64,000 nt of DNA, from the NCBI RefSeq assembly GCF_009914755.1, contig NC_060930.1, one strand, 5' to 3'. The position numbers were made by a program, and so were the translations under genes. Positions within the stretch are counted from its first letter, which is position 1, and each line of letters opens with the position of its first letter. The notes under the pieces were generated by a model. That model searched no databases and had not been told where the DNA came from. It worked only from the letters and a program-made list of their open reading frames with translations. Source of the DNA: the human T2T-CHM13v2.0 reference genome, Homo sapiens. Shown here one piece after another: positions 47,383-59,331 of the stretch.

Positions 47383-50300
47383 ATTTCAAGAAAAACAGCA
47401 ACATTTTATTATTTGTTCAGCATAGAGAGGCAGTGTATTGGGCCTGAAAGAGCACAGATGTTGAATCTGATGGCTCTACTTTCCACCTCAGATTTATCAC
47501 ATACCAGCTGGTGGCCTATAGTATATTATATCTAAATTCCCTTTTACAAAACTTTGGTGATTCTTTATTGTCAATTGAACAATGTATAAACACCATAGCC
47601 TGGCATTGTAGACTCAAAAATTCTGTGCCTAATGTATTCTTCTCCCCCAGCACCGCCCCCCCCCAACTTTTTTTTTTCAAACTATTCTTTTTGACTAGGG
47701 AAGAATCTACCAATGTGGAGTCCATTTGGGTTTTTGGAACTCTTCAAACCTCACAAATTATGTAAAATAACATATATAGGAATATGTCCTTTGTTTCTAG
47801 AGAAATTTGCCCAGATGTTCTACCATTCCTTTCTTCTAGGAACAACTTAAATGAAAACTTATACATGAAAACCTTATCTAATCAACAGATAGAAAGATCA
47901 TTTCCACCATCACCTCACACAACCCCTCAAAAAATTAAATAGTATTTTGTTTTCACTATGTAGTGGCACTTTTTGTATACTGCCTTGTATCACCATTTTA
48001 TAAGTTCATTTCATATCTCTTCAAAAAGCTTTTAAAGCCCTTGAGGGCAAAAGTCATTTCTAAATTACTTCTGATTCTCCCAAGACTTTTGATCTTCTAA
48101 TTCAAATAAAAAGTGTTCATATTAGAAAATTTGGAATGTATAGAAAATCAGATGGGAAAATCATTTTCTTCCATCATCTGCAGTTTAAGCTCTAAATTCA
48201 GTGAGAAAAATGAAGAACAATACATTAATGAATTTTAGTCATGTGTGCATATAAATATGAATGATTTAAAATGTACTAATATATTAATATTGGCAAAATT
48301 ATTTGGACAGGCAAGACTTTTTTTATTGTGTAATGTGACCCCTTAATTTTCTATGCATTCTAAGACCAAACTGGCATTCTTCTGGTTTATTGGCTGCTAC
48401 GCAAACTCAATCTTACATCGGAAATAGATGAACCCGGAACCTGAGCCCAGGAGGCCTTGTGGTTCATTAGCCTGGAAGACTTGAATTGCCAAATAGGTCA
48501 TGTGGCCCTGTGGCTGGGGCAAACAATTTTTGCCTCTCTGAAGGGGCAACCACTAGAATGAGCTATACAAAATGATCAATTTGACCACATCTCTACCACC
48601 AAAACTCTTAAAAATTAATATGACACATATAACAGGTACTTCTTGGGAATGCCCTCAGAGAATGTAAATAATATATATATATCAAAGCAGATTTATTATT
48701 TGCTGATAACAATCTAATATAAATATTCCCTTTTTACATGACCTGTAGTTCTATCTCCCTATCAAGTTCTTGGAAATGAACTAAAGGAATACTCTACACT
48801 TAGAAATGTACACTTGACTCTCTCTTCATTTAAAAAAACAGCCCTAAGAAATTTCCTTGGTCTCAGCCTCTTTCATAGATAGCTTCTTACTGTCATAAAG
48901 TTATCACCTGAGACTGTATCCCATGCTTTAATTAATCCAATAACAACAGTTTCAATTTTTATGGGTTTTTTTAATGGGAGTATAGGAGAAATTAGAAACT
49001 CAAGGATTATCAGATATACATTGCATGATTTAGATTTTGGATACTTATCTAATAGATTTTCATGGTAGCATCAATAATAATAGTCTTGATTGTTGTCTTT
49101 TGCTATTCTGTTGAGGCATTAAGTATATTGGAGACATCCGTTTTCATTTCCATGTATATTTGTTTTTGCTCAGTAAGAACAGTGTGCAAAATTACTTATC
49201 TTTAGAATTCAGATTAAAGAAAAGCCTAATCAAACTGATATGTACCAGGTTGTATAGGCTATCAAATTGTTATTAAATGGAGGGAAACATATTCTGAATT
49301 CTGACTGGATGTGTTAAGTACAATGATTATTTGATTTAGCCAAGCAGTCAACAATAATTGGTCTTACCTAGTAATGCAATATTAATTTAGTAAAAAGAAT
49401 CATGTAGCCCAGTGCAATTCTTAACACTTTTGTCATAATATTTCTAATGTAACATTTCTAAAAGAATATCTCATAAGAAATAAATATTTAGTTATGTTTG
49501 TTAAACTAGTAAATATATAGACCTAAGAAGTCTATGTAATTATTTGGTTACTATAACTTAACTATGTAGATATTTCTTGTAAATATTTAATTTTTAATAT
49601 CTGTAACAACCTAAGAATTTGAAAATATATTTTGCAGTGTGAAATTTCATATATAATTTGGAAATCTAGAATCTGCCAGATAGGCCAACAATGGAAGCTG
49701 AGTAATGTTTGACAGTCTTGTCCTAAATCAATACCATTTTCAACATGATGGAAAATGAAATGCTTCCTTTTTCAGCTTCTGCATTATCACATTGGTGATG
49801 AGTCAACACACCTTTCTACCAAACTCCCTGCTAAAAAGACAAACGAAAGCATGGATGTCTTTCAGTTATTTTAGTTGAATTTCCTTAGATTAAAATAGGA
49901 TATTTCTTAAAATATTTTAGAGACTAAAAGTACTCAGAAGTATTCAGAATACATATTTATTTTACCAAACATACAGACTCTTAAAATCATCTGGATGCTG
50001 AAAGAAAAGTCTGTGTAAAGATGGAGATTCAATAAACATACATGTATTGCGCACCTTCTGTGTGCTCATCTTTCCTTTATATTCTGCAGAACCAGTTGGA
50101 CACTAGCTTTACTTATAGTCAGAAATGTGCCATAATGGTACTGAAGAAAATGGATAATCAAGTTGTTAGACTTTTGTCTTCTCATATCTGACATTAAAGT
50201 TTTTATTGAAGTTTAAAGAGTTTGCTTGGTAACCACAGTTCATGTAAAAAGGGAATATGGAAAAGAGTTTTGCTTGGAAACTCTTTAAGCTTCAGTAAAC

Positions 50301-50529
50301 AAAATCCAAGAGGAATTTTTGCTTTATTATTTTCTATGATGTGGCTTGATCCTATCACCTCTCTTTCTGCATTTTACGTACCAAAGTCTCAATAAAACTA
50401 TTGAGGTTTTTGGTCAAATGCAGCAAATATTTGGATCAAATGCAGAAAAAATACTTTGTGATTTTTATAAGTTAGATAAGTAGCTCTCCATATAATTTTC
50501 ATGTTAAGTTATAAATAATAGTTTCTACA

Positions 50530-50861
50530 TATTATAGTCTGAATGTGTCTCCTCACAAATTTATATGTTGAAACTTCATTGCCAATGTAAGAGGTTGGGC
50601 CTTTAGGATGTGATTAAGTCATGAGGAATTAGGGCCATTACAAACGAGGCTGAATGGAGGGAGGTGCCTTGCCCCTCTGACATGTAAGGACACAGCAAGA
50701 AGGTGACATCCAGAAGGAACAGGGCCCTCACCAGACACTGAATTTGTTGGCATCATGATATTGGACTTCCCAGCCTCTAGAACTGTGAGAAATAAATTTC
50801 TGTTATTTATAAATTATCCATTATAGAATATTTTGTTATGGAAGTCTGAACAGGCTAGGAC
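50530..50861 (+). mobile_element. MST/MLT1A-type MaLR LTR
   Basis: tatagtctgaatgtgtctcc...ttggacttcccagcctctagaactgtgagaaataaatttctg. Confidence 0.87.
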
Positions 50862-51321
50862 TTTCTGCAAGTTAGCACCAAAATCTTTGAAGTAGTGAGA
50901 TGAAGGTGGGAGATGGAGGAATACCAAAACATCTGTCCCATATGCTCGAACACTCTAGCTCCTGGCATTTTATTATCTCCAAAATTAAGATATTAAGCAA
51001 TTCCAAAGATGTAGCTAATGTAAGTTACTGCTGTTATATTTGTTGAGTGATGTCATACTTAGGCAAAGCAGGTAGATACCTCAATTAACATTGTCACATA
51101 AAAAGAGAACATGTGAGCTAATGGGAACTAGAAATGGCATATTTCAAAGAAGGGACAAGATGCATGTAGAGAACAATCTAGATACGATTTGGCCTCGAGA
51201 AGTCACATGCAAGTAAGGACCCGAGATGCCAAAGGAAGACTAAAGGAAATCAATGTCAAAAGTTTATTCAGGGCCAGACCATGTCATAGATATGAATGTT
51301 CTTTAATTTCAAAATATGGAC

Positions 51322-51480
51322 CAGTGCTTTTCAATCTTTAATGAACATGCAAATCACCTCAGGGTTTTAGCTAAAATGCAGAGTTTGATTCATTAGGATG
51401 TGGTGGTGCCCAAGATTCTGCATGTCTAACAAGCTTCAGGTAATGTGATGCTGTGGGTCTTTGGACTACATTTTGATGTG
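51322..51480. mobile_element. MER5A-like hAT-Charlie MITE
   Basis: cagtgcttttcaatcttta...aatcacctcaggg...taaaatgcagag...gcccaagattctgcatgtctaacaagct. Confidence 0.8.
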
Positions 51481-52959
51481 GCTATTGGTTGCTAAAATTA
51501 TTTTACTTGATTCAGAGAGACTTTTCCCTCTATTAGTTAATAAAGAGACTTTATCTATAATTTTAGCAGAATATACTTTTGACCTTTTATTTTTACTTAA
51601 GCTGTTGTAGTGTTAGGACTATCATAATGGATGTTTGAAAGTAATGTATTAAAACATAATGGAATCTAGATGTGTTATGTTAAAATTTATAATTGCAGTG
51701 ACATTTCTCCATAGTTTTTTGCATTAATTTGCCATGTCATAGGCCATCATTTATTTCTATGATTATAAAATAACATGAATTTTAAAAGATACACTACACA
51801 ATTACATTTTAATTATTATAATAAACTTGAGATTTAGTTTTTAAGTGGAATTTTTAATGTTATATTCACTTTTCTAAAATTTTAAATGATGTAAAGAAAT
51901 CTTTGAATTCAAAATCCATGTGATCTTTTTAAACAAAACAATTATGCCATATAAATAGAAAGGCAAAATTTAAGAAACATTACTTTCAATTGCTAACTTT
52001 TATTTCCATTCTATTTTCACCAAAATAGATCACAGATCAAAGAAAGATTTAGTTCAAACTCTCTTTGTTTTACTCTTCTATTGTTAGGAAAGACGGCACA
52101 CAAAGTAAAGAGCACAGAAGGAATTGAAACATACTTTCTATGGATTTTTAACTTTGGTTCTATTATTTGTCTACCATCCCTTTCTAACAAATCTCATGTG
52201 AAGGCTTTGAGGTCTTCTTGTTAGAATAAAAACAAGTAAGTAAAATAAATACAACACATGGCATGACAGTTTTTAACATTATATCTTGTAATTATGAAAC
52301 TTTCTTTTGCAAACCTTTAGTTTACCTGTGATCACTCCCATGTGACCAAAGATTACACAGATGGTCATAAATAGCAATAAGAACAAACTATAAGATGACA
52401 GCTTGAAGCTACATTAAAAGAAGTGCTAAAAGAAGAGATATCACCTCTGATTTTCTGTCTGAGGGAAGTGTGGGGATTTTAGTTCCACCACTTCCTGTAT
52501 ATATTTAGCAGTATATAAATGATTAAACAATACTTCTGTCAGAGCCCCTACCCCATTCTTTATATCTCAACTCATCCACCCAAGAAAGCATTTTCATTTA
52601 TAGCTTAGAATAGCAGTTTATGCTTGAGTATAATTTGCTAGTGATTCCAAATAAGGAAGTGTTATTCTTGCAACTGGGATTAAAAATATAGAAAATGTTT
52701 CTCAATATAGGAAAGTAATTATAGAACTCAGATTCTCTTGAATTGATGTAAACTAAAATCCGGGGGAAATAGTTGGATAGGAAAAAATTTCATATGAGTA
52801 AACACTCAGAAAGCAATAAAAACAAACCTACGGCATTATGGTCCAGCTTCTGAAGTATGTGGTGGTTAATGCCAGGCAGAGGTAAAAGCTCCTCTGAATG
52901 TCAGTATGATTCATTTGTGGTGAAATCCTGAAATCCTTACATTTCAACACCTATTTATT

Positions 52960-53470
52960 TCTATTTAGTTCTTTATTTATTTATTACTCAAATATCTATT
53001 ACTTGAACATTTATTAGATGCATAGCAATATACTCTGTGTTATTAAGGGTGAGAAAAAGCAGATTAGAAGAGAAAGGTTTTGCCTTTGAAGCTGTAATAA
53101 TAGAGATGGAAATAATAAGCATACATAAAATAATTAGAATGCATAAGCAAGGTTTTATAATATAATGTAAAGTATTGGCTTTAAGAGAAAACAATGAGGA
53201 ATATATTCAAGGAAGTCTTCTTGTAGAGGGTCATACTGGAGACTAATGATGCATTTATATCAGGGGAAAGGAAGGAATGCAGAGTCTAAAGAACATAAGC
53301 AAAGTTGTATAGGAGAGAGTGAGAGGTGTGTGTGTGTAGGGGTGTGTGTTTGTGGGGAGGTATGTATGCATGGAAATGTGTGCATGTGTGTGGGTATTTC
53401 CGTGTGGCCTTAGAAACAATGAATCACCCGTAATTAAACAGAAAGAATGGAATGTGTGAGAGGACTAAAA
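52960..53470 (-). mobile_element. LINE-2 fragment
   Basis: tttattattactcaaatatctattacttgaacattt...caaggaagtcttcttgtagaggg. Confidence 0.55.
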
Positions 53471-53969
53471 ATACAGCAAGAACTGATTCATTGTCAGTTA
53501 AAAGTACTGTCTTCCACAGTTGTTTCATGTGTGAATTTCCAGACTCCTCAAATAGACTTTAGCTTCCTGGAGCTCTCTCTGCAGTACTCACATTATACTG
53601 ATATATATGGGTTTAAGTTTGGCTTGTCCTAGAGTACTGGGCTCTTTCATTTTAGCTGGAAATGAATGGTATCTGGGAGAGAAGACAGGATACCCCTGGC
53701 ACATCATGGATTTATATTTATTCATGAGGGTTTGTTTAAGAGGAGTTCTGTCTGTATAAATCCTCTGTAAATAAAAATGCTCTATTGCATTTCAATCAGA
53801 TTTCACCCCCACTCCTTAAGAAGAAATGTAGAATTTTAAAAAATAAAATGTGTAAAATAAATTCACAATGGGAAGCAGACCACGGAAGAGTGGTATCTGA
53901 ATAAAAGATCTTGTATGTAAAATTCTATGATCTATATGTCTGATTATTTCTACCCTCTATCTCACATGA

Positions 53970-54297
53970 CCACTTATGCATTTATTCAGAAGGATCTACG
54001 TGCCCTTATGAGTGGCATAACTCCTATTCTCAAATAGCATTTGCCTTGTAGGGGAAAACAGACATGTGGACACCTAACTCAATCTAATAAGACACTGGCT
54101 ATGTGGGAGTACTGAAGGGTATATAAAAAGTACCAGGGAGTTCTAAAGAAGAAATAACTAGCCAGGCCTGCAGGGATTTATGCAGATGGGATGACAAAAG
54201 ACTGAGAAAGATTTGCAGAGGAGGGACACTGGAATTGGGTCCTAAAAGATATGTAGACATTTTTCAGGAAGTGAAGAAGAAAATGAACATTCCAGGC
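53970..54297 (-). mobile_element. LINE-2 fragment
   Basis: gagaaagatttgcagaggagggacactggaattgggtcctaaaagat...aacattccaggc. Confidence 0.6.
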
Positions 54298-54680
54298 TTG
54301 CCTGACCCTCCCGTTTCTTTGTAACTGGATGTTGCATTTTCCAGAATTCATCTTTGTATTCTTTGTTCACCTTAGATCTACAGTTCAAAAAACAAAATCA
54401 CGGCTGCCTAGTTACCTTCTGTTCACTAACCATCCAAATTAAAGCCCTCTTGACAAGTTGCATGTTACAGTATGCTGACCTCAGTGGCAGTGTGGGGTTA
54501 TGCGTGGGCATCTTGCCCTTATTCCACCAAATAAGCTCCTGCCTATTGCTTGCCCTACCCTGGGCATGTAATTGTTGCATGTTAATTACCTAATAAACAA
54601 TCATTTACATCTATACTTATCACATCGTGTGCCTCTTTTCAAAAACAAATTTCAGTGGTCATCTCTTCCAAAATTGCCAA

Positions 54681-55004
<324 letters not shown>

Positions 55005-55335
55005 TGAACATTCCTTTCTACTAGCGTAACAGTGACTAAAGAAAAACCATTAGGAAATTAAAGAACAACTCTGAGAGGGTTGGTTTATAGAAATTTTTTT
55101 AAAAAATATTTTACTGCCCATAGCCTGTTTGAATAGTAACTAGTGTTATAATTTAGTCTTTTTCTATATAAGTGATAATTTGGTGTTGGGTAGGCACAGA
55201 TGTCTACAGAATGAGGAAAATTAAATGATACCTTAGACTAGCATTTCTCACATGCATGCTCAGTGGTTCATAAGTTCTAATTATTTTGGTTTTGGTTTTG
55301 TGTTTTCACCTCAAATGAGTGATTCATTTACTGGT

Positions 55336-55554
55336 AAAATTGCCAGAAAAAATTACAAGTACCCAGTAAAATTTAAATTTCTGATAAACAATGAATGATT
55401 TTTATTATGTCCCTAAAACTTTTAGTATGGGACATACTTATCCCTTATATAGGGATGTCCCTCAGTAGGACATACTAAAAAGTTATTCTTTGTTTATCCA
55501 AAATTCAAATTTAACTGCTGTCCTCTATACTTATTTGCTAAATCTGTCAATCCC
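55336..55554 (-). mobile_element. MER53 palindromic MITE (copy 2) with expanded centre
   Basis: ttgccagaaaaaattacaagtacccagtaaaatttaaatttctgataaac...gtttatccaaaattcaaatttaactg...tttgctaaatctgtcaatccc. Confidence 0.85.
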
Positions 55555-55849
55555 GCTTATTAATAATAAAAAGCAAATTTCTATTTTGTAAGGATGATTC
55601 ACAAATACAAGATATTTCCATGGTACAAGACCTGAGTTTTTTTAATCAGTATTTCTCAGACTGGGAAACTATGGAAATGTGTTTTGCAGCTCTCAGGAAT
55701 TATGTTTTCCTGGAACAGGTGTGGTGCTCCATACGCTAGCTTTTAAAACTCTGTTTTTAAAGTGGTAAACTGTAAAATTATGGAATTGCTTCCTCATTAT
55801 CTGAGCTATTATCAAGCAGATAGAACAAATATCAAGAGACAATAGAGTT

Positions 55850-56010
55850 CTAGGAATCTGGAGTTGCAAGAGATATTAAATGTCACTTTGTCTAAGTAAT
55901 TTTTATTATCACTAAGAAATGAGCCACAGCTTCTGATGTTAAGTGACTTATTAACGAGTTAGGTTAATAAACTGAGACGGATCCCAAGTCTTCCAGCTCT
56001 CAGTCTGATG
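55850..56010 (-). mobile_element. MIR SINE
   Basis: taagaaatgagccacag...gttaagtgactt...gatcccaagtcttccagctctcagtc. Confidence 0.6.
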
Positions 56011-56204
56011 TTATACAGGTATGTAAATATGAAATATACAGGTATGTAAATTAATTGCATAATTAAGATGCATAATTGTTTGGTTATTTAAATGAGCAAA
56101 TTAATTGAATACAAGAACTTTGAAATGCTTCTGTTTGGACATTATAAGCCATAATAACAATCTCCAATAGTACTAATTGTTTACTATATTCAACTAGTTA
56201 TCCA

Positions 56205-56445
56205 TTGCCAGTTGCTGACAGCTGAGAGCCATACTGCTTGGTTTAAATCCTTGCTGCACCACCAGCTTGCTATGTTACTCTGGGCAAGTAACTTTTTTGT
56301 TCCTCAATGTCTTTATCTGTAAAAAGGGATTATGGTAATGATAGCTACATCAAAGGCTGTAGTAAGAATTTATGAAGATCTCTGTAAAGAATTTCTAACA
56401 ATGCCTCAAATTGGTAAGGGTCTAATAAGAATTGCCTATTATTAC
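56205..56445 (+). mobile_element. MIR SINE
   Basis: ggtttaaatccttgctgcaccacc...ctgggcaagtaac...cctcaatgtctttatctgtaaaaagggat. Confidence 0.8.
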
Positions 56446-58709
56446 CTTGTTATTCTTCATGGTGTTGTTAATATATCAGATACCTACAAATGGTGAGGGC
56501 TGATTATTTCCCAACCTTTATCAGAGTATATGTGATTAAGAATGTGATAAAAAGCTATAGTTTAGATATAGATTTTTAGTAATTTTATGGAAGACTCAAA
56601 GGCAAAACATTCAATGCTTTGTAGGGTTGGTGCTTTAATGTTTTTAAAGGGCATTAGACCCCCCTCCTTTAATTTAGCAACAAAGACAAATATCCAAGTT
56701 TCTGTCTTACTTCCTTCAGTGATACCATGTCTGAGATTCAGCCCCCATTTCTTCTCTCATCTTTTTAAGATTAATTAGAAAAATGTGCCCACAGTAGAAA
56801 ATTATTATTTGAATTTGTGTGTTTATGCAATCCTTTCAGTGACTCAAGAAAACCAGTCCTGTTAAGCCTCAGGTTGCCTTAGTGACTTCCCAAGAGGCTT
56901 AATTATTCACTCATGGGAAGAAGAGAAAGAGTAGCTTTCCACTTCAGTTCTGGTAATTCCAGGTAGGGGTTTATACCAGCAAAGTTTGGGATATGTTTCC
57001 AAATTTAGTGGCTGTAGTGTGTTAAATTCTGGAAAAGCCACAGGGGAAACTGATGTATTTATCTCAGTAATACTTTTGGACAGAAAAGACCAAGTAATAC
57101 TTTTGAATAGAAAGGTACTTTAAAAAAATAATAATAGTAAAGTAGTACTTTACCTGCTTTAAATTTAACTAAAGAAGTAGGTAGCTGTTGTATTGTTATT
57201 TGGTGGATTCAAATCTATTATAATACTCTAAGGCACAGAAAAGCTGCATATTTTTCCCTGAAATACTCAAATTCATAAAATTCTGCCAACAGTTTATGGC
57301 AACATGATCCAGATCAATTTCCTTTATGTTAGTCTCTTAGCATGACTGTGGCAAAGAGTGAATCATTGTGTGTTCCTAGTCCTCTGTGAGACCTAGGGAG
57401 ACCTATTACTTGTTGTTCTTTTAAGAGCTGGAATTTAGTTAAGGAGTTTCTTAATTTTCCAAAAGCTGTAGATAAGGAGAAGTGAAATATAATACAGAAA
57501 GGCAAGACTCTCCTGGTTTGCAGTAATGTCGGGAATATCTACTCTGGAAAATCATACCCATTCATTTCTTCACAGAACTGTTTGTATGTTTATTCATGCA
57601 TCCCTGCACTTATCTATTCATTCATTCATGCCCAAGGACTATGCAAGGCATAGGAGATACAAAGACAAGTAAGTACAGTTCCTGTACCCAAAGCTGCTGT
57701 TTGAAACTTATACCAAAGCCTACAAAGTAAACAGATCTACTTCCATCCTCAGCTCTGTAAGTCTGAGTCTAAAATAAATCTAATAAAATATTGGAAAATA
57801 TTTTCACTTAATAACTGAGCTTTGAAGCAAATTATAATCTCCATATTAGCAGCAACCACATATTTAACACTATATCCTCACTGTGCATGACATATAGTAG
57901 GTAAATAGTTGTTTAAAGAATGGAGTAATAACTAGATATATTCTTCAAAAAGCTTTGTGTTTTTTAGGTTCAAACAAGCTGAAGCCATCTAAAGTGCAGA
58001 GCTGTTAAAGTTGTCACGCATGTAGAGTTGTTCTCAAGCTAGAAATGAAAGGGGGCAACATGGGAATTTTTAATGCTATAGTGGGAGGTATAACCTCCAC
58101 TTTGCTTTTAGATCAATCAGTAAATCTTAGCCTGAACTTTCTCGTAGCAACCAGAATCTCTGAGTAAGTATCACATTCATACCAGAAACAACAGCTGTGA
58201 TTTGTACATATTAAAATGATGAAGTTCTTTCCAGCTATCAGGCCCAGAACCCTTTGCCATCACCCTTTGCCATTATAAAATCCTTAGTGAACTGAGTTAT
58301 GTATATTTACTTCCTTATAGCAAAGGCGGTTTGGAGGTTGGGGGTGGGGGTGGCAGGCAGCATTCTATTTTGGCATGTGGCTGAGGTGACGGGAGGATTT
58401 TAGCAGCTCGTGGGTGGGTGTTCAGGGAGCAGGTGGCACTGGGAGAAGGAAGTGACTGTCAGGATTTAGTGGCATTTGGGGGCGTGTATAGGCAGGCATT
58501 AAAAAAAAGAGTTGGATATTCTAAAAACACTTTGGTATTCTCATAATGAGAAATGTAATCCAGGGCTTTTGCTGTTCTAAGGCACAGCATTTTAGTTTGT
58601 CACCCTGTGCAGTTTTAGGAAAAGAGCCCAAAGGGTTAAAGTTAAATAAGAGCAGTAACCAATACAAAGAGTATATTAACAAAATACAGATGATCCCTTG
58701 AGGTTTTAG

Positions 58710-58880
58710 TTTTTTTTTAACAGCTTTATTGAGGTGTAATAGAGATATCAAAAAAACCCTACGTATATTTAATATATACAATTTGATGAGTTTGGACATA
58801 TGTGTAGACCATGAAACCATCATTACAATCAAGATAGTAAACATATCCATCACCTTCAAAAGTTTTCTTGTGCCCCTTTG
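58710..58880 (-). mobile_element. old L1M (L1MC/MD-like) 3' end fragment
   Basis: ttttaacagctttattgaggtgtaat...catgaaaccatcattacaatcaagatagtaaacatatccatcacc. Confidence 0.8.
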
Positions 58881-59285
58881 GGTTTTTTGTTCTTTCTTTT
58901 GGTGTTTGTTTGTTTGTTTTAAGGCAGTGCTTTTGCTGGTCAATAGTAGGCTTTTTTATGTTCTTACTTTATCAGAGAACAAACAGTTTTCACCTCACTC
59001 TTCCTATTTTTGGTTGATTTGAGAGACATCAATTGCCTCAAATGAAATGAAGCTGTTTCTGTGTATCAATTAGAACCACATCAACAACTGATGACCTTTA
59101 ACATTTGGTATTACTTGGCATATATGTCCTGAACTGCACCTCGAGTTGCTCATTTCTTAAGATATCTGGGCACTCTGACGTGTACAATGAAAGCGTTTCT
59201 TCAGTTATTGATCTAACCTATGATCCCAGCCTCTTTGGAGGTATGGGGAGAATCAGTTTTGATTCAGTTCTCTGTTGAACAAACA

Positions 59286-59288
<3 letters not shown>

Positions 59289-59323
<35 letters not shown>

Positions 59324-59331
59324 TATATATA
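59289..59331. repeat. A31 followed by (TA)6
   Basis: read directly. Confidence 0.95.
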
